Source of the DNA: the human T2T-CHM13v2.0 reference genome, Homo sapiens
Length of the DNA: 64,000 nt
Direction: 5' to 3' (one strand)
Assembly: GCF_009914755.1 (NCBI RefSeq)
Contig: NC_060937.1
In this document: positions 1 to 14,800 of the stretch, piece by piece
How positions within the stretch are numbered: the stretch's first letter is position 1
How the letters are laid out: each line of letters opens with the position of its first letter
Position numbers and translations under genes: made by a program
The notes under the pieces: generated by a model
The model's database searches: none
What the model was told of the DNA's origin: nothing
Seen by the model: the letters and a program-made list of their open reading frames with translations, nothing else

Positions 1-1496
1 CCATTACATTCCACATTAAAATCTTGTATGAAGGACCTTATATGGTTTCTCTCAGCTATTTTATTTTTTCTCAGTGCATCTGAACAGTCACTATAACTGA
101 GAGAAGTAAGGCTTACAGCGTCAATATGGAGCATCATTTGTGGTACTTGTGAAGTATGATTTCAGAATTAAACACCCAAGAACATCTTGGAAATATATTT
201 CACATGTGTTGTGATTACGCCAAATTAAGTAATCCAGCTCCTTAGCTAGTAAAGACTCAGGTTTCAGATTCTCAGCAGGGCTCCTACTGGTTGGCTCCTG
301 CTCTCAAACCAGTCTTATAATCATGAGAAACCTGGCCAGTGCCATTTCTGTCTTCCAAGTATTGATCCCCTCTTGATTCTGTCTGCTTTTGCTCACTGCC
401 CAGTATCTTCAGGTTGTTGTTGTTTTTTAAAAATAGTTGTTCGTTTTTTTTCAGGAAGAAAAAGAAAAAAAGGAAGAAATACAATTTACCCCCCCCTTAC
501 TCGAAGTGAAACCCCATATTGATAATTCTACTAGACACTTCCATTATGACTAGTGGGTAATGTCATCTCAACCCATGAGGTGACGGTGGTGTTGCTGTTT
601 ACTGTGGAATACAGTGCTGCTTCTGCTTTACACCATATCACCCATTGGAAACTCCTATCACCCTTGCTGATATGTTTAAATCATTAAAATGATAAAATTT
701 TGCTGTGCTGAATGCTGTAATTGATGATAATCTTTCTGTCTTCACTTATGTTAAAATCAATTAAGAGAGAATGCCAAGAAACTTCTTTTCCTCTCCAAGT
801 TTGACCATCTTTAAATAAACAATGACCATGATTGCGTGTATTTACTGGGGGGATAAACTCATGAAAGATGAGATTCATAAAAACTCTGAATTACAGAAAC
901 CATGCTAAATTTAATATCACCATTTCCTCCAAAAACATGGGGCTTTATTATTCAGGAAAGCTTTTGTGTCAGCCCTGTTTCCTCAGAACACAATTTCTCC
1001 CAGGTACTCATTCTACAAAGGGATTCCAAGAGGACCTGGACATTTCTGAATCTCAACTGCAGACAAAGATACTGCTGAATCCAAGGCTGTACACATACAG
1101 AATTGAATTTTAGTAATGAGCTCAATAACAAAATAGAAATAAAATTTGTTAAAAACACTAGGAGTAAATATACAAATATATTAATAGGCACTGTTCTGAA
1201 TAATAATAGAAAGATTATATCATTCTTGAAATTTTTATAACTCCAATTTTTCTATAATGGTTACTAATTTTATAATCATGAAATGTTCAAAAAAAGATTT
1301 AATATATAGAAGAGAGTGAATAAGACATAAATATCATTTAAAATTTATTCAGGATCACACTATGAGTTAGAGCCAATTTAAATGGTTAAAATAGAAAAAC
1401 ACTTTACTAGCCCCATATCAATACCAAAGGACATGCAGAGGAGATAAAAATCTTAGTTTTTAGTGAGGTGTTTTTTAATTATTTCCTTATGATGTT

Positions 1497-1548
1497 AGTA
1501 TATATGTATATATATCTGTATGTATGTGCATATGTGTGTATACGTATA
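1497..1548. repeat. (TA)/(TATG)-type low-complexity microsatellite
   Basis: gtatatatgtatatatatctgtatgtatgtgcatatgtgtgtatacgtata. Confidence 0.7.
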
Positions 1549-1689
1549 AACTCTGTTTATTTTTCTTATATGTACTAAATCTGAGCCTGTCTTCCACATC
1601 TACTTTCTACCTTATATGAAGAATGAAAGTTCTGTGAGTTTTTTCTCCAGTACCAAGCTAAAAACATAGTCTGCCACATTTTAAATGGG

Positions 1690-2095
1690 GCAATCTTTGC
1701 TCATAGCACAGCAGGCAGCATGAGCTTCATCGTCACATTGGTTTTCCCCATCCCTCATGCCCCATGGGGACAATGAAAATAGTCTGGGTATGTTATTTGC
1801 ACACAGTGAGTTTGTCACAGCTGAGGTAACCTCAAATTTAGGAAAGACCAATTTTTTATAATGTGGTGTGCATAAACCTACCCAATCTTTCTCCTAGACA
1901 AAGAGATTATCTTTATTAAACTGGTGAGCAAACAAACCTGCCTTTTGTCCAGAGGGAAGCCCTGTCTCTCTATCTTCCGAGGCTGTTTGTGACCTAAACA
2001 TCCTCAAAAGGCAGCCCGGTTTCAAAACCCACCATGATCTCTGTCCCTAGTACATGTAGAACTATGAATGACCCGTGGACAAGTATTTCCTGATA
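1690..2095 (-). mobile_element. LTR40-like solo LTR (ERVL)
   Basis: Reverse complement reads ...gaggatgtttaggtcacaaacagcctcggaagatagagag...cttccctctggacaaaaggcaggtttg..., resembling the recalled LTR40 consensus. Ends approximate. Confidence 0.65.
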
Positions 2096-5000
2096 CCCTT
2101 TTGAGAATCAGGGAAGTAAATCGAGAAATCGTATTTTAGAATTTACCAGTACAAATAGTCTCCTGTGGATGATTTCCTCTTAGTTGGGTAAATGTTCAAT
2201 ATTTTAGATTTTCTGTGTGTCAAGCTACTTCTCTGTGCATTGGATTCTCTTTACATAGGGGTTGTGAGGGGATTAAATAATATCAATGGGTTAGGGTTCT
2301 TCTGATTTCCTTCACAATATCACTTTGAAGTTTAATCACCAGTGCCTTGCTATCAACTGGTACAGAAATCTGTGACCAGTAAATTTTTTTCTTATTCTCT
2401 TACCTTGAATAAGGCTCCTACTGGATTGATTGGACCTTTGTCCCCTCCAATACTGGGGATAACCCTAGATGTCAAGTTGTTTTCCAAGTTCACCTATGAC
2501 TCATGCAGTGGTCCAGCAACTCTATCTGCAACATTATTTTGTTCCTGCTTTGAAAGTCCCTTTAGCCACCTTACCTGCCTAAATATTTGATTACCTCCTG
2601 AATTCTCACAAAGATTTCTGAGTCCCTTTCATGAAACTGAAGAATTGGGGAAAGGGTTAAAAGTGCTAACTGGGCCTCTTTTACTGCAACACTGAGATAC
2701 CAGTTTTATTCTGTTGAATGTGCTAATTGTAACACGGAATCTATGTTGCCCAGTTGTTTCACTGTTGCTCTTCAAATCCACTAAATTTCCAGATGGTAAC
2801 CATAAGCCTTTCCTTTCATCCCATTCCTTTCTCATATTCTCCCTAGGACAGAAGAGGTAGATTTTTCCATTTCTCCATTCCTGTACCTAAACACTTTTTA
2901 CTTTCTATTTTCATCATTTCTAGAAAATGTAGCCTGATTGCCTTCTTACTATAGTTGAAACATCTACTGTATTCTGGGGTAGAGGGGAACTTGCTTTTAA
3001 TCATTGAGACTTGGCTCTTAAATGGGAATTACAGGAAAGGTATAAAATAGGCAAGAATATGTAACATTAACATTCTTAAAATATTATCTCTCCTACCCAG
3101 TATTTAGTGTTATGATGAAAACCATGCCCCAGATGGCTAAGATTTGAGAGGCAATAATGAATATGTAAATTGGAACAAAATGACTATTGAGTCTTACATA
3201 AAGAGGATTGATTGCAAGAGATAAACAAAACGAAACACAAAAAAGCTACTTTTTTGGACAATGCATATTTTATTAACTCCAAGATCTATGAAATCAGGAT
3301 GAGTTTACCTGAAGGTTAAAATATTTAAGGTAAAGAAAGTGAGAAAAGAATGATTGGTGATCATATGAATATTGAGATAAGAGACATATATTTAAATTTG
3401 CATAATTTTATGTTTGTTTATAAGGAAGAAGATATAATCAAATGTATGTCCTTTGTATTTATTACAATATACGATGCATAAATGATATATATGAAATAAT
3501 GTTAATCAAAATACTCTTATTATTTTTCTTAAGTGTTATAACTTATTCATTCAAAAATGATTTATTGAATACTACATGAAATTTAAAGATCAAAAAATAG
3601 TAAAAATATAGTTACATCAATAAGGAAAGGAAAATTTGGTTAAACTGGAAAAAGATATTAGATTGACTTCAAATTTCAGGCAAATTCCATGGCACCTGGC
3701 TCTACACAAACCTACTCCCACCTTTCATCTTTTACCACAAGCTAACAGTACAGACTTCCCACAGATTGTAAAGCTCATTCCCCGTAGTCAATGGAGTAAT
3801 ACTACTCTGAGGAGAATGCACCTTTGAATAATAGTACAGTTTCTTTTGAATAGTTACCAAACTAACTTTAGTGGATTTTTTTTTCTCTTAAAAATCTGTT
3901 GACACAAAGAAAAGTAATTTTCAGCTGGTTCTGTGAAGAGAAAAATGATCTTCGTGAAACATTTATTTTCAATTGGAAGCCATAAAGTATCCATTTGTTT
4001 TATTGTGCTATAGGACTAATACAACATGAAGTTTCATAACAGATAAAGATAGATGAGTGAAGTTACAAGCCCACTAAAAAAGTTATGCTGACAGATTGAT
4101 GCAAAAGCATCATATATTCTGGTTGACAAATGGGTCCTGTAACAGTATTTTTTATAAAGTAGGCTTGATTTCTCATCTACCCATTTTCCAAATGAGATTG
4201 TAAAAGGTCATACTCAATCTTCATGGATAAGTGGTATGTATAAAGAGTGCACTAGCAGCAAAATTATACGGGAAGTGCTGTGTTTATTCTACATATAGTT
4301 TTATGTGTTTGCCATTGATTGTTAGGTAAATGCAAGTTACTCTACAATCTCCCCATCCATCTGTTTCCTTAGAGGAAATAAGGACATATGCAAATGTATT
4401 TATATTTACATTTTCTTCAAGAGTGAGAAATTTAGTTTCAGTAAATATGAACTGTCAGTCAACTTTTGGAACAGAAACTGGGTTATGAATAGAAATAGAA
4501 GATAAGGCAGAAGGCTAAGCAAGAGAAAAAAAATATTTTTCTACTTGAGTTTAGGAAAACACAGCAAAGAATAAGAATTAAGGTCCATGTAGAAAACATA
4601 TTAATATATTTGTACTATTCAGTAGAAAAATATATAAAACATCCAGACCTATTGAATAAATAGGAAGGTTAGAAAATGAGCAATTAGTTTACAATGTATA
4701 ATGATAGATGTAGTAATAGACCACACTAACTGAGAATGTATGGCAGGTATTTAATACTATCTGAGAAATCAAGAAAACCTTCTCAGAGCTGGAGATAAAA
4801 GTTAGATCCAGGGATAGTAATAAATATAGACCAAGGGAACAGTTACAGGGAAGTGTGATACATTCTCTATTGTAGCAACATTCTCAAGGATCTAGGTGCA
4901 TGTCGCCGTGATACGATAGTGAAATTTCAAATACTTACATAGGCTGTAGGTTACAATGCAATAGGAAGAAAAATATTGACAGGAAATATGAGAATAAAAA

Positions 5001-5099
5001 TAGGTGGAAACTTGGGAAATTTCTCTTTTGTAGGTATAAAAATGGTTGAATTTGGAACTTTTATATAGTTCAACTTAGTAACTATTAAGATGCAAAGCC

Positions 5100-5346
5100 T
5101 GAACGCAGATCATACAGAAAACTACCTACCAAGTTGAGAAATTTGGACTTTATCCAGGCTCTACCATTTATAAACTAAGCAATCTTTGAAATTTACTTCA
5201 TTTCCATGTGAGTCTGTTTTCTTTTTTCAACATGGTGTTGTCAATAAGGTCTCACAGGGTGATGTCAGTAAGGCCATCGTGTGGGTCTAATATGCATAAG
5301 TACAGTGAAGGATAATGTCTGCTATACAGTAAATGTTTAAACAAAT
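5100..5346 (+). mobile_element. MIR SINE relic
   Basis: Degenerate MIR core (gctctaccatttat...ctgttttcttttttc...ctcacagggtgatg) and 3' end (atacagtaaatgtttaaacaaat). Confidence 0.55.
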
Positions 5347-5659
5347 CTCAGTAAAGAAAGCTCATGTGTTTTCATCATAATTACCTAATTTATGTAAAAT
5401 GATGTTTGGGGTGATAAGGATGTTCGTGGAGTGGGCACTGAAGTTATCAGAGCAAGATAAAATGAGATGGACTTTCACATTAGAGGATGTTTCTCAATGG
5501 GATGTGAAAAAAATGGGAGAGTGAACAGAGAATCAGCAGAGTTTTGGAGATTGAATGACCCAATTAGGGGTATCACAGTCTGAATATGATGAAGATGACA
5601 TCTTCACAAAGGAAGAGTAACTGGCAGCAGCAATGAGAGATTAGATACATGCATGGTAA

Positions 5660-7385
5660 ATGATCAAATAAGGAAATATAATAAGGATATTAGGCACCGA
5701 GTTTCTCACTATTTGAGAAACATGCATTATAAAGATGAAAAGAGAGAGCTGGAATGAATCCTGTCATTGGTATTAGGTTGTAGTTATCATTGTGACTTCA
5801 TGATTTTCAATATTTAGATATATACAGGTAAATACAAATGTAAATGAGTGTGCATGTGTGTGTGCATTCTCATGTTCTTTCCATGAAGAGAGTCTGGGAG
5901 CAGCAACAACCCAATAACAATGAGCACGCAGAGCGACCAAATCATGGATTTTTACTTCCTATGACCAACTAGAAAAATTAGGGTTCCTTCAAGAAATTGC
6001 TGATTCCAGGACTGGGACAGGAAAGTATCATATGAGCCTGGAACATATTCTTGAGGAGAATTTAATGAAGTGCTCCAAGAATGATAAACAATAGATGTAT
6101 GAATTTAAAAAATGTGATACACACACACACAATGGAATACTAATCAGCCATCAAAAAGGATGAAATTGTGTCATTTGCGACAACATGGATGAACTTAGGA
6201 GACATTGTGTTATTGAAATAAACCAAAAAAAGAAGGACAAGTACCACATGATCTCCCTCATATGTGGAATCTAAAATAGTTTTTCTCATAGAAGTAGAGA
6301 GTAGAATAGTGGTTACCAGAGGCTCAGGAGAGTAGGCAAAAGGGGAATGAGAAGAGATTGATCAATGGATACAAAATTAGAGTTAGATCTGAAGAATAGG
6401 TACTGGTGCTCTATTGCACACTAGGGCAACTATAGTTAACAATAATGTAACGTATATATCGAAATAGCTAGAAGAGAAGGTTCTGGATGTTTCTACCACG
6501 AAATGTTAAAAGTGTTATAAATAAGTGTTCGAGCAGATGAATATGCCAATTATACTGATTTGATTACACAATATATACATGTATTGATATATCACATGAT
6601 ACCCCACAGACATGTCAAAGTTGTCATAGAAGGCAGCATAAAGGGAATCTTATTGGCAAAATGTGAACAATATTATATAAATGGAAATAATTATTGTAAT
6701 GGTTTATACCCCATGGAATAAAATACCAAAATATAAATACAAAATAATATATTCAAATGAATGAACACATTGAAATTTTAACCAGAAATAAGATATTATC
6801 ATCAAAATTTCTCCCACAAGCTGTTGACAATATGCCTGGGAATTACAAAAGGCAAAAGGTATTCACCCATAGAGGTAAAGCCTGGAAGATACCACCTCAT
6901 CAAATGATCAAAGTAAGCATCATTATTTATAGGGCAAATTTATATCATGTCTCACTCAATGAGAACATGGCATTAGTTTTGTGACATTCTGCCCAGTGAT
7001 ACAACACATAAATCTACTGTAAGGAAACATCAGACAAATTCAAACTGAGGGATCTTCTGCAAAATAAACGGGCCTGCATTCTTTAAAAAATGTCAACGTT
7101 TACAGAATTCAGAGGAACCCTTTACATATCAAAAGAAACTAAAGGAATATGACAATGAAATACAACATATAATTTCGAACTGAATATTTTTGCAGAGGTT
7201 ATGTAGAAAACCATGCTTGTTTGTAGAAAACACCTATTAATGTACCTCGGGGTGATGGTGCTGGGTCAACAGGTATAAAAATTATTTATGTGGCTCAAGA
7301 AGAGAACAATATTTTTGTACTGCAATATTTTTGTACTTGCAACTTTTCAATAAGCATGAAATTGGTTCTAAGTTTTAAAAACATA
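5660..7385 (+). mobile_element. Old L1 3' UTR (L1MC4-like), interrupted by a younger L1
   Basis: gctgattccaggactgggacaggaaagta...gagcctggaacat, catcagacaaattcaaactgagggat and terminal cttgcaacttttc...tgaaatt. Confidence 0.7.
6090..6608 (+). mobile_element. L1MA (L1MA4/5-like) 3' end nested in L1MC4
   Basis: caatggaatactaatcagccat...caacatggatgaac...atagaagtagagagtagaatagtggttaccagaggc...aaatagctagaagagaag. Confidence 0.85.
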
Positions 7386-7409
7386 TATTAAAATTTAGTT
7401 AGAATGAGG

Positions 7410-7810
7410 GATACGAGGAGTCAATAAGGGTTGTAAGCAAGGCCATGGCATGATCAGTTTTGCTATTTAAAGCAAAAAATGCTCTAGCTACACTGTGATT
7501 CATGGAATAAAGGAGATACGAGTCAAGGCAGAGAGATATGGCAGGACTTTGTTCTTCAACCTGTATTTGAGAAGATGGCCATCAAATAAAAGCAAAGAAC
7601 ACAAAAATATATACTTGGTATTGTATTCAAAAATACATAAGGCATAATAAAGAAAACTTGGCGAGGGGTATCAGGGAGAAAAAGCAATTATCTATGAAAT
7701 CCTTCCTGGGAAATTGCCTTGAAGGAAGTGCCATTTGTTGATATAAATAACACTGGAGAATATGCAATTAAGTGGATTTGAAATATGAGATAAAACTTCA
7801 GATGGGACAT
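7410..7810 (-). mobile_element. L2 relic
   Basis: gggttgtaagcaaggccatggcatgatcagttttgctattt...ctctagctacactgtg resembles antisense L2. Confidence 0.45.
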
Positions 7811-8426
7811 AGATACATGGTTTGCATTTCATATCTATAATTTCCCTACCATAGCAGTTGATCTCCTACTAAAGTAGATTCATATTTTGCATATGAAAAT
7901 GTCAAAATTCATAACTTGCCATAGATTTCTAGGTCAGGAACACTCGGGAACCTGCTTTGCGCATGACATCTTAATGTGTGGAACCAATGAACATTCCACA
8001 GTCATTAGAAGAGAGAAAACTGGTTGGAGAATTAAGGCATCCAGGAACATAATAGTTTTGGCTACATCAAATTCAAACAAATATTGGTTAAGTAAATATC
8101 ATACTGCAAATGCTGATTTATTTCAGCAAAACAAAAGTATCCACTACATTTAATTGACACTGTAAATATAAATGCTATATCCTGGCCTACAAAGGAAAGA
8201 AAGAAAAATGTTATAAAGTGGTTATATTCAAGGTATAAATTTATTGGTAATTTTAAATTATATTGAGGTAAAAGCAATATTAGAAATAACTGGAGATCAA
8301 TTAATTGGTCTGTCTACCAAAACACTCACTTGATCACAGTGACTAGAACACAAGAGCAAGGTCATGTTTCACGAACAAAATCTTGCCTTAAGAAACTCAC
8401 ATTAAATAAAATTAAATACCATTTTA

Positions 8427-9245
<819 letters not shown>

Positions 9246-10003
9246 CATCACTGGTCATTAGAGAATGCAAATCAAAACGACAATGAGATACTATCTCACA
9301 TCAATTAGAATGGTGATCATTAAAAAGTTAGGAAACAACAGATACTGGAGCGGATATGGAGAAATAGGAATGCTTTTACACTGTTGGTGGGAGTGTAAAT
9401 TAGTTCAACCATTCTGGAAGACAATGTGGGGACTCCTCAAGGATCTAGAATCAGAAATGCCCTTTGATCCAGCAATCCTGTTACTGGGTATATACCCAAA
9501 GGATTGGAAATCATTCTACTATGAAGACACATGCACACGTAAGTTTATTGCAGCACTATTCACAATAGCAAAGACTTGGAACCAACCCAAATGTCCATTA
9601 ATAATAGACTAGATAAAGAAAATGTACATAAACATCATGGAATACTATGAAGCCATAAAAAAGGATGAGTTCAAGTCCTTTGCAGGGACATGGAGGAAGC
9701 TGGAAACCATCATTCTTAGCAAACTAACACAAGAACAGAAAACCAACACCGCATGTTTCCACTCATAAGTGGGAGTTGAACAATGAGAACACATGGACAC
9801 AGGGAGGGGAACATCACACACCAGGGCCTGTCGGTGGGTTGGGGGGTAGGGGAGGGATAGCATTAGGAGAAATACCTAATGTAGATGACTGGTTGATGGA
9901 TGCAGCAAACCACCATGGCACGTGTATACCTATGTAACAATCCTGCACGTTCTGCACATGTATCTCAGAACTTAAATTATAATAATAAGAAGAAGAAAAG
10001 AAA
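9246..10003 (+). mobile_element. L1PA7-like ORF2 C-terminus, 3' UTR and A-rich tail
   Basis: ORF 9265..9612 MQIKTTMRYYLT...LLHCWWECKLVQPFWK; 3' UTR ggagaaatacctaatgtagatgac...cctgcacgttctgcacatgtatc. Confidence 0.95.
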
Positions 10004-10624
10004 GTTAAAGTTTATTTCCATCACCAGGTAATAGTACTATACATTGTAATTATAAACTAACCTTTATAACCTTAAATGACAATGTAATTCATTCTAAAAT
10101 CTAAAGATAAGATAAAAAGACCTTTGTTGGGTTGATTTTACAACCAAATTTTGCACTTAAGGACGACAATTCAAAAAAAAATTAGATCATTGCTATCAGT
10201 CATACTATTCAAGTTGAGGAACGTGATTATATTCCATGTTAGACAAATTTCATTGGAAGGAAGATGAGCAGAAAGATGAAAGTTTGGAAACCACATAATA
10301 GAGAAACCTGACACATTTCAAAATGAAAAGGTGATTTTGCTTTTTCCAAATACTGTGTGGGCTACTGCACCTTAAAAACAGCTTAATTATGAAACTGAGA
10401 GGGATAATTAGGAGTTATTAGGAGAAAAAAGGTAAAGAACTTTTTAGGAAACTAAATTTTTAGTGAAGTTGTGTATATCCCAGCACGTGGTTCATACACA
10501 ACTTTGAAGCCTCCACTCAGGCTTCACTGGAGAAGTTTCTATACAAAGAACTAACCTGAGCTAAAAGTTCTTAAGGACTTCTACAGTTGTACACATTAAA
10601 TTTCTCTATTGGGAAATATGGCTG

Positions 10625-10752
10625 TAGTTCTAATAAGGAGAGAAATTGAAGTACAGAAAAGTTAAATGATTGGCAAAGTATCATAATGCTGATGAGTGAA
10701 TTGAAGCTTGAGCCCTTGTCTTAATGAAGGTTGGTTCTATATTTTAACTCTG
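10625..10752 (-). mobile_element. MIR relic
   Basis: gagaaattgaagtacagaaaagttaaatgattggcaaagtatcata resembles the antisense MIR core. Confidence 0.55.
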
Positions 10753-11364
10753 CAAAGATTCTTAATTATTGATATCAAACATTAACTCTGCTGAATATCA
10801 TCAGCATCTAAACCTTAGGAAACTTAATTTTATAGCTTCTTTGAATTAATATTTTTAAAGCATGTTTGTTAGGCATGTCACTGCTTGCCATGAAAACAAC
10901 TCTTTCCCAACTCAATGGCTTCATGTATATTTTATGCATTTGATCATTGTTTTGTAATTCTTAACTCTGATTTTTTATGTCTCTGCCCTGCCTTTACTTT
11001 TGTACTATGCTTTTCCATTTGCTATGACCATCTCACATTTTATTTCACTTGGAAAACTGTCTGTAATAGTACTTGTGTACTTTTTCTATTCATTAATGTA
11101 TAATTACATTCATCTTACTTTAAATAATTTTTAAAAGCAACCTAAATATACAATAATATAGGAAGAGTTACTTCAAGCTAAATGAATGTTATGCATTTAT
11201 CAAAACAATAAGTAGTAAAGTAATGAATAATGGAAGCAAAATATATTAATAAATATTTGTGTTTTAGCCATGATTACACTACGTAAATTAAAATAGTAGA
11301 TTGATTTTTGTCAACTCCTCCTCATCCCCATATCCATTTTCTCCTAAAGGAAAGCCTGAACTCG

Positions 11365-11748
<384 letters not shown>

Positions 11749-11894
11749 TCAACTGAGATCATTGGCAGTTGTTTCTTCTGGCTCCCGAAGTCCTTTGGTG
11801 TATTATACGCTGCATTGATACGGGTAACTGGGATCACCTGTGGTAGCTTCCAGGCTGAGTTGCTAGATTTCACAAATAAAAATACAAGATGCAC

Positions 11895-14800
11895 TGTAAC
11901 AATTAGTAAGCCTTCCAATCTGGGTACATGAAATGTCTTTTCATTTGTCTGTATATTCTTTAATTTCTTTCATTTATGTTTCAGTGTATGTCTATTGCAT
12001 CTTGGTTAAATTTATACCTGAATCTTTGTGTCATTTTTCCATGTCATTGTAAATGGGCGTACTTTCCTAATTTCCTTAGCAATCTACATATTTAATATAA
12101 TCGCTATCAAACTTTCAATGACTTTTTTTTACACAAATAGAAAAAAGTTATTAAATTCATGTGGAATCACAAAAGAAGTTGATATGGTTTGGCTGTGTCC
12201 CCATCCGAATCTCGAAATGAAGCCTTCATAATTCCCACATGTTGTGGAAGGGCCCTGGTGGAAGGTAATTGAATCATGAGAGCACGTCTTTCCCATGCTG
12301 TTCTCCCGATAGTGAATAAGTCTCATGAGATGTGATGGTTTTACAAAGGAGAGTTCCCCTGAATATGCTCTCTCTCTTGCCTGCCACCATGTAAGACAGA
12401 ACTTTGCTCCTCCTTTGCCTTCTGCCATGACTGTGAGGCCTCTACAGCCACATGGAATTGTGAATCCACTTAACCTCTTTTTCTTTATAAATTACCCAGT
12501 CTTGGGTATGTCTTTATTAACAGCATAAGAACAGACTAATATAGTAAATTGTTACTGGTAGAGTAGAGTGCTGCTGTAAAGATACCCGAAAATATTGAAG
12601 CGACTTTAGAACTGTGTAACAGGCAAAGACTGAAACCATTTGGAGGGCTCAGAAGAAGACAAGAAAATGTGGGAAAGTTTGGAACTTCCCAGGGACTTGG
12701 AGGGCTCAGAAGATAGGAAGACGTGGGAAAGTTTGGAACTTCCTTGAATAGCTTTGACCAAAATGTTGATGGTGATATGGGCAATAAGGTCGAGGCTGAG
12801 GTGGTCTCAGAGATGAGGAACATGTTGGGAACTGGAGTAAGGATAATTCTTGCTATACAAAGAGATTGGTGGCTTTTCATCCCTGCCCTAAAGATCCATG
12901 AAACATTGAACTTGAAAGAGATGATTTAGCGTATCTGGTAGAAGAAATTTCTAAGCAGCAAAGTGTTCAAGAGGAAGCAGAGAATAAAAGTTTGGAAAAT
13001 TCGCAGTCTGATGATGCAACAGAAAAAGAAAATTCATTTTCTGGGGAGAAATTCAAGTCTCCTGCAGAAATTTGCATAAGTAAGGAGGAGCCCAATGTTA
13101 ATCACCAAGACAATGGGGAAAATGTCTCCAGAGCATGTTAGAGGCCTTCACACCAGCCCCTCTCATCTCAGGCCCAGGGGCCAAGGAGTAAGAAATGGTT
13201 TCCCGGACCGGCCCACAGTCCCCCTGATGTGTGCAGCTTAGGAACTTTGTGCCCTGCATCCCAGCTTATCCATCTGTGGCTAAAACGGGCCAAGGTACAG
13301 CTAGGTCATGGCTCCAGAGGGTGCAAGCCCCAAGCCTTGGCTGCTTACCTGTAGTGTTAAGCCTGCAGGTGCACAGAAGTCAAAAACTGAGGTTTGGGAA
13401 CCTCCACCTACATTTCAGAGGATGTATAGGAATACCTGGATGTCAAAGTAGAAGTTTACTGCAGGGGCGGGACTTTGATGGAGAACCTTTGCTGGGGTAG
13501 CCCAGAAGGAAAATGTAGGGCGGGAGCCCCCACAGGGAGTCCCCAATGGGGCACTGCCTAGTGGAGCTGTGAGAAGGGGGCCACCATCCTCCAAACCCCA
13601 GAATTGTAGATCTGACAGCTTACACTGTGCACCTAGAAAAGCTGCAGACACTCATTGCCAGCCCATGAAAGCAGCAGGCAAGAGCCACGGGGTGGAGCTG
13701 CCCACAGCCGTGGGAGCCCACCTCTTGCATCAGCATGACCTAGATGTGAGACACAGAGTCAGAAAAGATCATTTTGGAACTTTAAGGTTTAATGACGGCC
13801 CTATTGGATTTTATACTTGCCTGGGGCCTGTAGCCCTTTTGTTTTGGACAATTTATTCCATTTGTAACGGGTGTATTTACCCAATCCTTGTACCCCATTG
13901 TATCTAGGAAGTAATTAACTTGCTTTTGAGTTTACAGGCTCATAGGCAGAAGGGACTTGCCTGGTCTCAGATAAGACTTTGGACTGTGGACTTTTGAGTT
14001 AATGCTGAAATGAGTTAAGACTTCGGGGACTGTTGGGAAGACATGATTGGTTTTGAAATGTGAAGACATGAAATTTGGCAGGGGCCAGGGGTGAAATGAT
14101 ACGGTTTGTCTCTGTCCCTGCCGAAGTCTCAAATTGGAGTTCCCATAATTCCCACTTGTTGTGGGCAGGACCCAGTGGGAAGTAACTGAATCATGAGAGT
14201 GGGTCCTTCCTTTGCTAATCTCATGAAATAAGTCTCATGATATCTGATGATTTTATAATGAGGAGTTCCCCTGTGCATGCAGTCTCTCTTGCCTGCCACC
14301 ATGTAAGACATGACTTTGCTCCTCCTTTGTCTTCCACCATGATTGTAAGGCCCCCTCGGTCACATGGAACTGTGAGTCCATTTAAGCTCTTTTTATTTAT
14401 AAATCACCCAATCTCAGGTATGTCTTTATTAGCAGCATGAGAACGGACTAATATGGATGTTGAATATGCAAAGTAACTCTGAGAAGGAAGAACAAATCAC
14501 ACTTTGTAATTTCAAAATATATTACAAAGCTACAGTAATTAAAACAGTATGATACTGAACGAAAAGCAGACATATAGACCACTGAAAGAGAATAGAATCC
14601 AGAAATAAATCCACGCATATAGTTTATCTGATCTTCAACATGTTTGCCAAGAATACACAATAGCTCCTTTTCCCAGCAAGTTGTGTTAGAGAAACTGGAT
14701 ATTTATGCAAAAGCATGAAACTGGACCCTTATTTTACCCCATGCAAAAATTCAAACAAAATGTATTCAAGACTTGAACATAAGACCCAAAACTGTAAAAC

